Below, piece by piece: positions 9,959 through 19,465 of a stretch of DNA of 64,000 nt (its first letter is position 1; each line of letters opens with the position of its first letter). The DNA is from Bacteroidales bacterium (GTDB lineage Bacteria > Bacteroidota > Bacteroidia > Bacteroidales > P3), in assembly GCA_017934545.1 (NCBI GenBank), contig JAGBJI010000010.1, positions 32,396 to 96,395 of the forward strand, given 5' to 3'. The notes below the pieces were generated by a model. That model was not told the origin of the DNA. It saw only the letters and a program-made list of their open reading frames with translations, and did not search any database. The position numbers and the translations under genes are program-made.

Positions 9959-10777
9959 ATGAAAAGATATTGTTTGTGGCTGTTTTGTACGGCCGTGTTG
10001 ATGTTACAGAGTTGTACGGAGGAGTTTGACTATTCCGTATACTCGGAACATGTGGACGCAAAGCGGAAGAATACCACCGAAAAGAATATTGCAAAACTTG
10101 AAAAACAGAACCGAAAAGAATTTTCGGAGTTTTCCGTTTTTTTGATTTCGGACACACATCTGTATTATCACAGGCTGCGTCAGGCAAAAGACAAAATAAA
10201 CGCTTTAAGCCATGAGGCGGACTTTGTTATTCACTGCGGAGATATTTCAAACGAGGGTCTGTCAAAGGAATATGAGTTTACGTGGGACATAATGGACGGA
10301 ATACGTCTGCCATATCTGACCGTGATAGGCAACCACGACCTTGTGGCTAACGGAAGAAGTATTTACCGAAAAATGTTCGGCGAAGAAAATTATACATATG
10401 TATATAAAAACTGCAAATTCGTATTCTTTGACGACAATGTTTGGGAAAACACCGTAAAAGACCCTGACTTTGAATGGATGGAAAAAGAGTTGAGCGACAC
10501 CTTGGGGCAATATACCCACGTAGTTCTTGTATGCCATGTGCCGTATACCGATGAAATGTTTTATCCTACGCAAAAGCATGCGTTCAAATCCATAATTGAG
10601 AAAAGCAAAGTCAACCTCTGCATCCAGGGACACCGACACCACCCCGAGATAATCAAGGATACGGTCAATGAAAACAGAATCATAACTTATCTAATCACGG
10701 GCAGCGTCCACGACAGGCAACTACGCCGCTTGGACATCAAGCAAGACACGGTTATAATCAATGATATAAAATTTTAA
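9959..10777 (+). CDS. Metallophosphoesterase family lipoprotein
   Basis: Signal/lipobox (LMLQSC). Calcineurin-like motifs ISDTH, GDISNEG, GNHD, CHVP and GHRHH. Confidence 0.8.
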   Translation: MKRYCLWLFCTAVLMLQSCTEEFDYSVYSEHVDAKRKNTTEKNIAKLEKQNRKEFSEFSVFLISDTHLYYHRLRQAKDKINALSHEADFVIHCGDISNEGLSKEYEFTWDIMDGIRLPYLTVIGNHDLVANGRSIYRKMFGEENYTYVYKNCKFVFFDDNVWENTVKDPDFEWMEKELSDTLGQYTHVVLVCHVPYTDEMFYPTQKHAFKSIIEKSKVNLCIQGHRHHPEIIKDTVNENRIITYLITGSVHDRQLRRLDIKQDTVIINDIKF

Positions 10778-10781
10778 AACC

Positions 10782-11411
10782 ATGAAACCACGCAATACCA
10801 CTGTGTTTCTTTCCTTGTTTTTTGCCGCAACAACGGTTTTTTCACAAGACCTAACGGACAAAAGCGAAACTTCGGCGGAAAGACAAAAGCCTTATTGGTT
10901 CGTACCTTCATATTTAAACATGCAGTATGCGGGTAACACGGGATTTTTATCTGCTTGTGCGGGCTACGAACTATATAAGGATAAATTGTTTTTTGATTTC
11001 GGTTACGGATATACACCTTCGTCAAAATCAGGAACTGATATCCACAACCTGATTGCAAGAATAAATTACAGACCGTGGAGAAAAAATTTCGCATTGTCAG
11101 ATTACAATTTCTCGTTCAACCCGTTTACCGTCGGTTTAGCCGTTACCCGCCAAATAAAATCAGATTATACTTGGGACAAATTGCCCAACTATTACCCCGA
11201 AGGTTACTATCATCAAAATGCAGTCAGATTGCACCTCAATTTAGGGCTAAACCTTAATTGCAATTTCAACAAAACCAAGTTTGATATCTATTGGCAAGTG
11301 ACTTCAAACGACGTTTACTTTTCGTATATCGCATATTACTGCCATGATAATTGGATTCATTGGCACAAAATTTTCTCCCAAACCATCGGAATAAACTTTT
11401 ATTTGTTTTAA
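10782..11411 (+). CDS. Hypothetical exported (outer-membrane-like) protein
   Basis: Signal peptide, aromatic/Gly-rich alternating pattern, C-terminal F. No family recognised. Confidence 0.4.
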   Translation: MKPRNTTVFLSLFFAATTVFSQDLTDKSETSAERQKPYWFVPSYLNMQYAGNTGFLSACAGYELYKDKLFFDFGYGYTPSSKSGTDIHNLIARINYRPWRKNFALSDYNFSFNPFTVGLAVTRQIKSDYTWDKLPNYYPEGYYHQNAVRLHLNLGLNLNCNFNKTKFDIYWQVTSNDVYFSYIAYYCHDNWIHWHKIFSQTIGINFYLF

Positions 11412-11435
11412 AGCATACATCAACTACATTCGGTT

Positions 11436-11870
11436 ATGATTACAACAAAACTAAATAACATTCTGTCAAAACGTTTTTTGTTTTTTCTTGTGTCGGTCAG
11501 CCTTTTTGCCGACGTATATTCACAGGAAAATACTTACAAAGGCGTAATGCAGGTCAACAACATAACAAGGCAGGACATTATTGTCAAAACCGTTGAGAAT
11601 GAAAACAAGATAAGCGGGACTATTTACAAGATGCGGGTGGCAAAACATCTGAATCTGACCGTGGATGTCAGCATAGAAGCATTGAATTTAACTCAAAAGG
11701 ACGGCAAAAAATATATAAACGGCAAAAACACAGTCCCCACCGTGAATAACAAACGTATAGATAAAATCAAGGTAAAGCAATTCGACGGAGTTATAATCAA
11801 CGATGAATTGCAATTTACGCTTACCTTTGCCGACAAAACCATGCATTACAAAGGCAAGCGTATAAAATAA
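11436..11870 (+). CDS. Hypothetical exported protein
   Basis: Signal peptide. No family recognised. Confidence 0.4.
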   Translation: MITTKLNNILSKRFLFFLVSVSLFADVYSQENTYKGVMQVNNITRQDIIVKTVENENKISGTIYKMRVAKHLNLTVDVSIEALNLTQKDGKKYINGKNTVPTVNNKRIDKIKVKQFDGVIINDELQFTLTFADKTMHYKGKRIK

Positions 11871-11875
11871 AACTT

Positions 11876-12310
11876 TTAATTGCGGCCTGTATGTCCGAAA
11901 CCGCCCTCTCCGCGTTCAGTATCGGTCAATTCTTCAACCTCCGATACTGTTACTGATGCGTGCTGTGCTATAACCATCTGTGCTATTCTCTCACCTGAAT
12001 TGATTGTAAACGGCGTATCGGACAGATTAATCAACAATACCTTTATCTCTCCTCTGTAATCAGCGTCAATAGTTCCGGGAGAATTCAGTACGGTTATACC
12101 GTTTTTCAATGCCAAACCGCTACGCGGGCGTATCTGTGCTTCATATCCGGGTTGCAATTCCATAAACAATCCCGTCGGAACAAGCATCCGCTGCATTGGT
12201 TGCAACACTATAGGCTCGGTTAAGTACGCCCTTAAGTCCATACCTGCCGATTGCGGCGTTTCGTATTTAGGCAAAGCGTTGTTGCTTCTGTTTATTATCT
12301 TGAGTACCAT
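11876..12310 (-). CDS. dut: dUTP diphosphatase
   Basis: Start at ATG 12310 (MVLKIINRS...). [24 protein letters not shown] and [11 protein letters not shown] motifs. Confidence 0.9.
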   Translation of the reverse strand: MVLKIINRSNNALPKYETPQSAGMDLRAYLTEPIVLQPMQRMLVPTGLFMELQPGYEAQIRPRSGLALKNGITVLNSPGTIDADYRGEIKVLLINLSDTPFTINSGERIAQMVIAQHASVTVSEVEELTDTERGEGGFGHTGRN

Positions 12311-12315
12311 ATATA

Positions 12316-12852
12316 TTATTTTATTAAGATTTGTTTTACGGTTTCCCAAAGCACAATTCCGCAAGATACACTCACATTGAACGAATGTTTGGTGCCGAAC
12401 TGCGGAATTTCAATCACACCGCCGCAGGCGTCAATCACATCCTGCGACACTCCTTCCACTTCGTTGCCGAGTACTAGCGCCAAAGGCAACCGGTTGACCG
12501 CAAAATTTTGAAGCGGTATTGAGTTTTCGGTTTGCTCAAGTGCATACACACTATAGCCTTGTGCCTTTAAAGCATTGACACATTCAAGAGTTGATTCTGC
12601 ATATTGCCATTTCACGCTCTGCGTAGCACCCAATGCCGTCTTGTTTATCTCTCTGTGGGGCGGTGTAGCCGTAATTCCGCACAAAAATATCTCTTCCAAG
12701 CGGAACGCATCGGCGGTTCTGAACACTGAACCTATGTTTGACATGCTGCGTATGTTGTCCAAAACCAACACAACTGGCGTTTTGTCCGAAGATTTAAACT
12801 CTTCCACGCTCATACGTCCCAATTGCTGCATTGAAAGTTTACCGTGTGACAT
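12316..12852 (-). CDS. SpoU/TrmH-family RNA 2'-O-methyltransferase
   Basis: [21 protein letters not shown]...[11 protein letters not shown]...[24 protein letters not shown] are the SPOUT class motifs. Confidence 0.8.
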   Translation of the reverse strand: MSHGKLSMQQLGRMSVEEFKSSDKTPVVLVLDNIRSMSNIGSVFRTADAFRLEEIFLCGITATPPHREINKTALGATQSVKWQYAESTLECVNALKAQGYSVYALEQTENSIPLQNFAVNRLPLALVLGNEVEGVSQDVIDACGGVIEIPQFGTKHSFNVSVSCGIVLWETVKQILIK

Positions 12853-12857
12853 GGTGT

Positions 12858-13856
12858 TTACTGTTTTTTGTTGATTATACGGAAGCCTATTTGGGCATAA
12901 GTCTGGTCATCATAATCGTAAAGAGGCAAAAAATACTGCACCTTTTTGATTATTTCAAGGTTAACGGGATTTATCTGCCAATTTTCCGCCACTCTGACTG
13001 CACTTATATCCTCCGCAATAATATCGGAATACGTATCAATAAGGGTATCTGTGCCTGTCATATCATTATAAACCAATATTGTCCGCTTCAATACGAACAA
13101 CCCGTCAATTTCACGCGAAGATTTAAACTCCGAACCGTCGGAACGGTAAACGTGCAACTGTTTGCTTTGCGTTTGTTCCACAATATTTGAGGTAAAAGGC
13201 ATCTTTACGGGATATTTAAGCTTCAATACACTCAACACAGTGTCGGGTATATGCAATACAGTATCCGAAACTAAAGTTTGTTTTGTCTTGTCCGAAGGTT
13301 TTGCGTTTTTGTTTTGCAAAACAAAATTCTCAACCGTGCTGTCTTTAGGGAAAATCCAAAACAACGGCATTCTGACCGTATCGTTTTCATCTTCTGCAAA
13401 CGACTTGTAATGCACTATATACGGGCAATAAGCCAGCACTTTTTTCTCAATGGATAGCGAAGAAAACCTGTACGTAACGGCTTCTTCAAAATCGTAAGCC
13501 GAGATATACGGTATTATATAGTCCAATGCGTTTTGTTTGGTCAGCGTTGTACCCTGTTGCTGCTCAAAAAGAATGATACGGTTTATGACCGTGTCCAAGT
13601 TCAATTCCCTTTTGCGTATATCGTATATACGTATGCGTTTGCTCTTTACTGCATCCAATATGGTTTTTGCCAATTCCTCGCGGAAATAACCCGTAATGTG
13701 TTCGTACTTATTGGGGTTTAACGTGTGCGAAGTTTCCCATTGCGGATTGAACACCCCTACCTGACAGTTTTCATATTCAATACTGTAATCGCTTTTTTGT
13801 GCAAAGAGCGTCACACATACAGTCAACAATATATTCAATGCAAATATTTTCTTCAT
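12858..13856 (-). CDS. Exported protein, GldN-like (tentative), paralog 1
   Basis: Signal peptide. Blocks ...KKVLAYCPYI... and MPLFWIFPKD resemble my recollection of GldN (LLGICPLV..., ELFWVWYP). Paralogous to the upstream ORF. Confidence 0.35.
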   Translation of the reverse strand: MKKIFALNILLTVCVTLFAQKSDYSIEYENCQVGVFNPQWETSHTLNPNKYEHITGYFREELAKTILDAVKSKRIRIYDIRKRELNLDTVINRIILFEQQQGTTLTKQNALDYIIPYISAYDFEEAVTYRFSSLSIEKKVLAYCPYIVHYKSFAEDENDTVRMPLFWIFPKDSTVENFVLQNKNAKPSDKTKQTLVSDTVLHIPDTVLSVLKLKYPVKMPFTSNIVEQTQSKQLHVYRSDGSEFKSSREIDGLFVLKRTILVYNDMTGTDTLIDTYSDIIAEDISAVRVAENWQINPVNLEIIKKVQYFLPLYDYDDQTYAQIGFRIINKKQ

Positions 13857-13862
13857 CTTTTT

Positions 13863-14870
13863 CTAATCTTTTCTTATGTAAAACAAAGGGTAAAACCCGT
13901 GGAACTGCCCGTCCGAGCCGTAAACCCTGACTACGGGAGCAAGATAGTTGGTATGCTTGAAAAACATATTGTTTTGCCTGTCGTAATATATTTCTTCACC
14001 GAAACGCAAATTGTCTATATCTTCGGTAGAGTACGTTAGGCTGATGACAGTGTCGCTTTCCGTCACATTGTTATCGGGCAATGTGTTGACAATGGTTGTT
14101 GACATGGTATGCTTGCGGCGTTTTTCCAATTCCGCAGCAGTGTATGGTTGGTCTGCATCGGGACTTTCGTACGAGGCAATCTCTTTAGAAGAAGTCTTTG
14201 TTAACAATCGGTCAAAAAACGGCACGGAATACTCCGCCTCCAAGTTGGAATCCCACCAACGGTAAGGCGTTGTGTTGTATATAGGCATGGTGTAGTGCAG
14301 ATTGCGTGAGATAAGCAAAGTGTCTTTTGATATTTTGCTGTTTTTGTCTGCACGTATCCAGCCCAATTCAAACGCAAAAGCCGTAACGGCTTGCAGCTCG
14401 TCGCCCGCTAAAGTTACGGAATCCCTTTGTATAACGGGACAGAAAGCATTTACTTGCTTGTTTATCAACATTGTTTTCTCGTCGTAGGTCCACTCTTCTT
14501 CAAAACGTATAGCCCTAATCTCGTTTTCCAATACGTTTTGTACGTCTTTGGCGGAATATTTTTTCAAATCAAACTCCGTAAGCGACTTTGTCAAGTTTTT
14601 CATCACCGTATCCCAAACAAGAGTGTCGCCCCTGAATGAATACAAAACTGCTTTCTTTTTTTTCAAATCCGAAATAAGTCCGTCCATTGCTTCCCAAAAG
14701 AAGCGTTTGTTGACCTTATAATCGTATACCACTGAATCCTGTTTAACGGAAGACTGCACTTTGTTGTCTGTCAACTGCACCGTGTATACTATTTTCTTGG
14801 TTAAAAGCCTTTGTTGTGCGTTGAGAGTAAAAGCAAACAACAAACAAAGGGCAAAAAATATCTTTTTCAT
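13863..14870 (-). CDS. Exported protein, GldN-like (tentative), paralog 2
   Basis: Signal peptide. IRFEEEWTYDEKT...VNAFCPVI and C-terminal YPLFYIRKD. Same architecture as 12858-13856. Confidence 0.35.
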   Translation of the reverse strand: MKKIFFALCLLFAFTLNAQQRLLTKKIVYTVQLTDNKVQSSVKQDSVVYDYKVNKRFFWEAMDGLISDLKKKKAVLYSFRGDTLVWDTVMKNLTKSLTEFDLKKYSAKDVQNVLENEIRAIRFEEEWTYDEKTMLINKQVNAFCPVIQRDSVTLAGDELQAVTAFAFELGWIRADKNSKISKDTLLISRNLHYTMPIYNTTPYRWWDSNLEAEYSVPFFDRLLTKTSSKEIASYESPDADQPYTAAELEKRRKHTMSTTIVNTLPDNNVTESDTVISLTYSTEDIDNLRFGEEIYYDRQNNMFFKHTNYLAPVVRVYGSDGQFHGFYPLFYIRKD

Positions 14871-15010
14871 TTGTACAAATGCTTAACAATACTTCGGCAA
14901 AGGTAATACATTTATTTAAAATGCAGGATTGTATAAGTTTAAAAAGAATCTTTATTCAATTAATCCCGCACTCCGCTCTGTCAAACAACGGAAATAAAAA
15001 TATTCTTATA

Positions 15011-15052
15011 CAAAAACAAAAAAAAACGGTTGCAAAGTTAACTTTGCAACCG
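15011..15052 (-). terminator. hsp20 terminator
   Basis: Perfect palindrome CGGTTGCAAAGTTAACTTTGCAACCG (15027-15052), followed on the minus strand by a T-run. Confidence 0.7.
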
Positions 15053-15083
15053 TTGATAATAATGATTTTATTGACTTATTCTA

Positions 15084-15506
15084 TTAACCTGCTATTGCAA
15101 TTGTACGGACTTCGTTTTTGTTTTCATCCTGCACTTTAGGCAGAACAACCGTCAACACTCCGTCGTTTACTTTTGCCTCAATAGCATCTTTGTTAACATC
15201 TTCCGAAAGCAAGAAAGTTTTTTCAAATTCGGTGAACGAAAATTCTTTTCTCAAATACTTCTCGTCTTTGTTTTCCGCCTCTGATTTGTTTTCAAACTTT
15301 ATGTTCAAGTCGCCTTCTTTGGTCAAAGACACGTTGAAATTTTCTTTCTTGGCTCCTGCTGCCGCCAATTCCACACGATACTCTTTATCATTCTCAATAA
15401 CATTGATTTTAGGCATGGTTTCTTTGAATGCAGGCATGCAACTGATGTTAAACAAACCGTCAAACATTTCCGGTAAATAACCGTTTCTTCTCATTACAGG
15501 TAACAT
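15084..15506 (-). CDS. Hsp20/alpha-crystallin small heat-shock protein
   Basis: 140 aa. PKINVIENDKEYRVELAAAG...F...F.L...V....I.A...DGVLTVVLPK is the alpha-crystallin domain pattern. Confidence 0.9.
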   Translation of the reverse strand: MLPVMRRNGYLPEMFDGLFNISCMPAFKETMPKINVIENDKEYRVELAAAGAKKENFNVSLTKEGDLNIKFENKSEAENKDEKYLRKEFSFTEFEKTFLLSEDVNKDAIEAKVNDGVLTVVLPKVQDENKNEVRTIAIAG

Positions 15507-15747
15507 AACTTATTTTCTCCTATTTTTTATTGTTAATAATTTTTGTTTCTCCAAGTCTTAATGTTTGTTTCAGACTTGCAAAAACGTATTTTCAAATCCA
15601 ATGCCAATGCTTAAATTTGCCAAAATGTCTGATAATTAGATGTTTACTATGACATAACGACAGTTTTATGCACATTTTGTCACTTTTTTTCAGTTGTTTT
15701 CACAACTTTTACCCTATTCTGCCCTATAAAAACCTCAATTAAAAAAA

Positions 15748-15873
15748 TCCTTTTCAGAAAACGTAAAAAAAAACATATGTATTTTTTCAAAAAAACATAT
15801 GAATTTTAATCAAAAAACATATGTTTTTCGTTTCAAAAACATATGTTTTTTATTTTTAGTTTCTCAAAAGGAT
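15748..15873. repeat. Intergenic phased CATATG element, copy B
   Basis: CATATG at 15774, 15796, 15818 and 15840 (22-bp spacing). The core is nearly identical to copies A and C. Lies between the divergent hsp20 and nitroreductase genes. Confidence 0.85.
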
Positions 15874-15905
15874 TTGGCGGAAAAAACACCGAACGGATTT
15901 TTTTG

Positions 15906-15913
15906 TAAATTTG
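15906..15913 (+). promoter_or_regulatory. -7 box (TAAATTTG) upstream of the nitroreductase gene
   Basis: TAnnTTTG match about 30 nt upstream of ATG 15944. Confidence 0.5.
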
Positions 15914-15943
15914 CATTGTAAAAAATCTAAAAACGCTTAAACA

Positions 15944-16693
15944 ATGGAAGATATGCTGTTGATGCGTAAAAGCATCAGAAAATACAAATCAGAACCTATA
16001 CCCGAGCAAACGTTGGATTATATACTTCAGGCAGGTATACGGGCGTCAAATTGCGGCAACATGCAGTTGTATTCCGTTATCGTAACCGAAGACAAACAGA
16101 GAAAAAAGGCATACGCTCCGCTTCATTTCAATCAAAGTATGGTTGAAGATGCGGCAGTTGTGCTTACCGTCTGTGCGGATGTGAACAGGTTTAACAAATG
16201 GTGTGAAATAAATTCCGCCGACAAGAGTCTGAACAATTTTCTTTTCCTTAATATTGCCACCATTGACGCAACCATCATGGCACAGTCCATGACCGCAGCG
16301 GCGGAAAGCAAAGGTTTGGGCGTTTGTTGGCTGGGTACGGTCAACTATATGGCGGATAAGATTGCGGAATTTTTCAATCTGCCGCAGGGCGTTGTACCCG
16401 TAGCATGTCTGACTGTGGGTGTACCTGACGAAAACCCTGAACCAACCGAACGTTTACCGCTCAATGCAGTGGTTCACAAAGAGGTTTACCGCGATTATTC
16501 CCCGCAGGAAATAAAAGACATGTACAAAGACATTGAACAAAATCCCGTAAACATACAATATGTAAAGGAAAACAATTTGGAAAATCTTGCACAGGTTTTC
16601 TCGCAGGTACGATATGCCAAAGCGGGAAACGAAGAATTTTCAGCCAGATACAGACAATTTGTTGAAAAAACCTTCATTGATGGCAAATTGTAA
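15944..16693 (+). CDS. Nitroreductase family protein
   Basis: RKSIRKY...P......IL.AG.RASN.GNMQ...VIV...... and C-terminal GLG.CWLG pattern. Confidence 0.8.
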   Translation: MEDMLLMRKSIRKYKSEPIPEQTLDYILQAGIRASNCGNMQLYSVIVTEDKQRKKAYAPLHFNQSMVEDAAVVLTVCADVNRFNKWCEINSADKSLNNFLFLNIATIDATIMAQSMTAAAESKGLGVCWLGTVNYMADKIAEFFNLPQGVVPVACLTVGVPDENPEPTERLPLNAVVHKEVYRDYSPQEIKDMYKDIEQNPVNIQYVKENNLENLAQVFSQVRYAKAGNEEFSARYRQFVEKTFIDGKL

Positions 16694-17702
16694 GGAGCTT
16701 TCTTTCGGCAAAAACTTGGTTTTTTCGCTTACGGGGTCGTCGCACGGGGAATACACGGGCGGTATACTTTGCGGTATTCCCAAAGGCGTGAAAATAGATG
16801 AAGAGTTTTTGAACATGCAATTGCAACGCAGGCGTCCCGGAAAGTACGGCACAAAGCGTAAAGAGGACGATTGCCCGGAGTTTTTGAGCGGTATTACCGG
16901 AGGAATCACTAACGGAGAGAAGTTGGAGTTCAGAATAAAAAACCAAGACGTAAGAAAGCAGGATTACAAAGACTTTGAAGGATGGTTCCGTCCCTCACAT
17001 GCCGATTATCCGTACTATATTAAATACAAAGAAGACAGTTTGCAGCACAAGGATATGGCGTCGGCACGGATGTATCTGCCAGTTACGGTGGCAGGAACAA
17101 TAGCACGCATGTGGCTTTTGCTGCAAAACGTACGCATAGATGCCAAAGCGGTACGCATAGGAGGCATTGACACCGACGGCAATGAAGATAAAATAAACTT
17201 TTTAATTGAACAAACCTTAAAAAACGGCGACACCTTGGGCGGCAGGATAAGATGCAGCATCACGGGAGTGAGAGCGGGACTGGGCGAGCCCGTGTTTGAC
17301 AAGATTTCTTCGTCGCTTGCCAAGGCAGTGATGAACATTCCCTCGGCGGTAAGTTTCGCAATGGGCGATGTTTTATGCCGTGAAGATTTGACAGGAAGCA
17401 CGGACATTGACAATTGGACAACGGGGCAAGAAGGCAAAACCGAAGATTTTAAAACCTCAACCAATCATTGCGGAGGGGTAAATGCGGGTATAACCAACGG
17501 AATGCCGATAGTATTTTACGCAGGCTTCCACGCAGTGCATACACTTGGCAAAGCAATGACGCTTATAAGCAAAGACGGGGAATTGAAACAACAATCCATA
17601 AACGGAAGGCATGACATGTGTGCCGTATTGCGTACGCCTGTCATCGTGGAATCGGTTGCGGCGTTGGTCATTGCCGATTATATGTTGGTGAAAACTGATT
17701 AG
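16680..17702 (+). CDS. aroC: Chorismate synthase (divergent)
   Basis: Start chosen at MANCKE (ATG 16680, overlapping the upstream stop by 14 nt). SSHG, LQRRRPG, FLSGI..G.TNG, RPSHADY and GRHD motifs. Confidence 0.75.
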   Translation: MANCKELSFGKNLVFSLTGSSHGEYTGGILCGIPKGVKIDEEFLNMQLQRRRPGKYGTKRKEDDCPEFLSGITGGITNGEKLEFRIKNQDVRKQDYKDFEGWFRPSHADYPYYIKYKEDSLQHKDMASARMYLPVTVAGTIARMWLLLQNVRIDAKAVRIGGIDTDGNEDKINFLIEQTLKNGDTLGGRIRCSITGVRAGLGEPVFDKISSSLAKAVMNIPSAVSFAMGDVLCREDLTGSTDIDNWTTGQEGKTEDFKTSTNHCGGVNAGITNGMPIVFYAGFHAVHTLGKAMTLISKDGELKQQSINGRHDMCAVLRTPVIVESVAALVIADYMLVKTD

Positions 17703-17706
17703 GAAA

Positions 17707-18450
17707 ATGAAAAATATAAAATCAATGAATATGAAAACAATAAAAATATTGTGTATTGCGGCTACTTTGTGTCTGTTTGCGGCATGCAGCAACAATACTG
17801 ACACATACCGTTTGAGCGGAAAGTTGGAAAACTGCGACGAATGCACTTTGTATTTGATGGAAATGCAGTCGCAGGGCGTCAAAGCGTTGGATACCATCAA
17901 GGCAAATAAGAACGGAAGTTTTTCGGTTGACGAACGCCTTGACTACGAGTCCATTTTCTTGCTTCAAGGTCCGTCTGATTATATAATGATATGCCCTAAA
18001 AAAGGAGAGAAAATAAACATCGCAGCCGACTATGCCTCATTGTCGTCAACGTACAATGTAAAGGGAAGCGAAGAAAGTTCCAAACTCAAACTGTTAAGCG
18101 ACAAACAAATAATGACACGTGTTGCACTTAAAGCCATGTACGACCAACTGAACATGGCTGACGCTGACAGTTACGACACAGTACGGCAGGAGATTGCCGC
18201 CAAGTATAAAATGCTGCGTGATAACCAACGTTCTTTTCTAATCAATTATATAAACACCAACAAGGGCAGTCTTACCACTTTGGTGGCTTTGTACAGAAAT
18301 ATGGAGAACAGCCCGTTGATAGATTTCAAAACTGATTTGGATGTTTACAAAAATGTGCTTGACGGATTGAAAAAAACATACCCCGACAACGTAAACACAA
18401 AAAACTTGGAGCAGTTTATCAATCAGGCCGAACAGTTGCAGAACAAATAA
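17707..18450 (+). CDS. Hypothetical lipoprotein
   Basis: Lipobox LFAACS. The N-terminal YRLSGKLEN... beta-rich region is followed by a helical region. No firm family. Confidence 0.4.
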   Translation: MKNIKSMNMKTIKILCIAATLCLFAACSNNTDTYRLSGKLENCDECTLYLMEMQSQGVKALDTIKANKNGSFSVDERLDYESIFLLQGPSDYIMICPKKGEKINIAADYASLSSTYNVKGSEESSKLKLLSDKQIMTRVALKAMYDQLNMADADSYDTVRQEIAAKYKMLRDNQRSFLINYINTNKGSLTTLVALYRNMENSPLIDFKTDLDVYKNVLDGLKKTYPDNVNTKNLEQFINQAEQLQNK

Positions 18451-18468
18451 CAACAATCCGTCAACACA

Positions 18469-19212
18469 ATGGAGAGAAAAAACATTTACTTTGTCAGCGA
18501 TTTCCATTTCGGTTTGGAATCTGCGGAAAAGGAACGGATAAAAGAAGACAAAGCCGTCAGGTTTTTGCAAAGCATTGCCGCAGATGCAAAACGTGTGGTG
18601 CTGCTTGGTGATATATTTGATTTCTGGTGGGAATACAAGGCGGTAATTCCAAAAGGTTTTGTGCGTTTTCAGGCACAAATAGCCGATATGGTGCGGCAGG
18701 GAATAATTGTAGACTATTTTGTGGGCAACCACGACCTATGGCAAAACGATTATTTTGCAAAAGAACTCGGCGTAAACATATACCGCAAAAAATATCAGGC
18801 ATTTGTCTTTGACGAAAAAACCTTTGTCTTGGGTCACGGCGACGGTTTGGACCCCATGGACATAGGTTACAAAATCATGGACGCAGTTTTTTCGGCACGA
18901 ATCTCCCGTTGGTTGTTTTCTTTGCTGCCTTCATCTGCGGCAATCGGCATTGCACGGTATTTCAGCCGCAAAAACCGCCGCCGGCACAAGAAATACGACA
19001 CCCACGATTACAAAGAAAAAGAACCTATGTATATTTTCTGTCAAAACTATCTCAAACAATCGCATGCCGACTTCTTTGTGTTCGGTCACCGTCACATAAA
19101 AAACGTGTTGCCTGTCGGAAAATCTTCGCTTTATGTCAACACGGGGGCGTGGATAGAGCAAAGTCCGTATGCCGTATGGGACGGAAAGGATTTGAAACTG
19201 AATTCTTTTTAA
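18469..19212 (+). CDS. lpxH: UDP-2,3-diacylglucosamine diphosphatase-like metallophosphoesterase
   Basis: YFVSDFHFG, LLGDIFDFWWEY, GNHDLW, GHGDG and FGHRH motifs. About 247 aa. Confidence 0.75.
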   Translation: MERKNIYFVSDFHFGLESAEKERIKEDKAVRFLQSIAADAKRVVLLGDIFDFWWEYKAVIPKGFVRFQAQIADMVRQGIIVDYFVGNHDLWQNDYFAKELGVNIYRKKYQAFVFDEKTFVLGHGDGLDPMDIGYKIMDAVFSARISRWLFSLLPSSAAIGIARYFSRKNRRRHKKYDTHDYKEKEPMYIFCQNYLKQSHADFFVFGHRHIKNVLPVGKSSLYVNTGAWIEQSPYAVWDGKDLKLNSF

Positions 19213-19333
19213 TCAAAAAATGCAGTTTCGGTTATTACTATAAGAAAAAAAATTTATATTTTTGCAAACTGTTTGATTCTTTCCGCACTTTTTCTTCTTT
19301 GAAAAATAGGTTGACGGAAAACAAACTGGCACA

Positions 19334-19412
19334 GGGCAAAATTCTTTTCTGAAAAGAAAAAATTGAATTCAGAAAAGAAAAAATTCTTTTCTGAAAAGGA
19401 TTTTTACCCGAC
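19334..19412. repeat. Short variant of the TTCAGAAAAG/CTTTTCTGAA intergenic element family
   Basis: GGGCAAAATTCTTTTCTGAAAAGAAAAAATTGAATTCAGAAAAGAAAAAATTCTTTTCTGAAAAGGATTTTTACCC. Nested palindromes share arm motifs with the other copies. Confidence 0.6.
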
Positions 19413-19465
19413 GGCTTTTTGAAAAAGAGCAATAATAATAGTTAACAATAAATAATGATAAAACA

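Noticed and set aside
16587-16679. Upstream extension of the chorismate synthase ORF (start at 16587)
   Set aside because: It would overlap the nitroreductase gene by 107 nt, and the extension has no similarity to AroC. ATG 16680 gives an N-terminus just upstream of the conserved ...SHG motif.
18557-19352. ORFs overlapping or antisense to lpxH, and ORF 18909-19352
   Set aside because: They are out of frame or antisense to a gene with clear metallophosphoesterase motifs. The 3' portion runs into the intergenic repeat.
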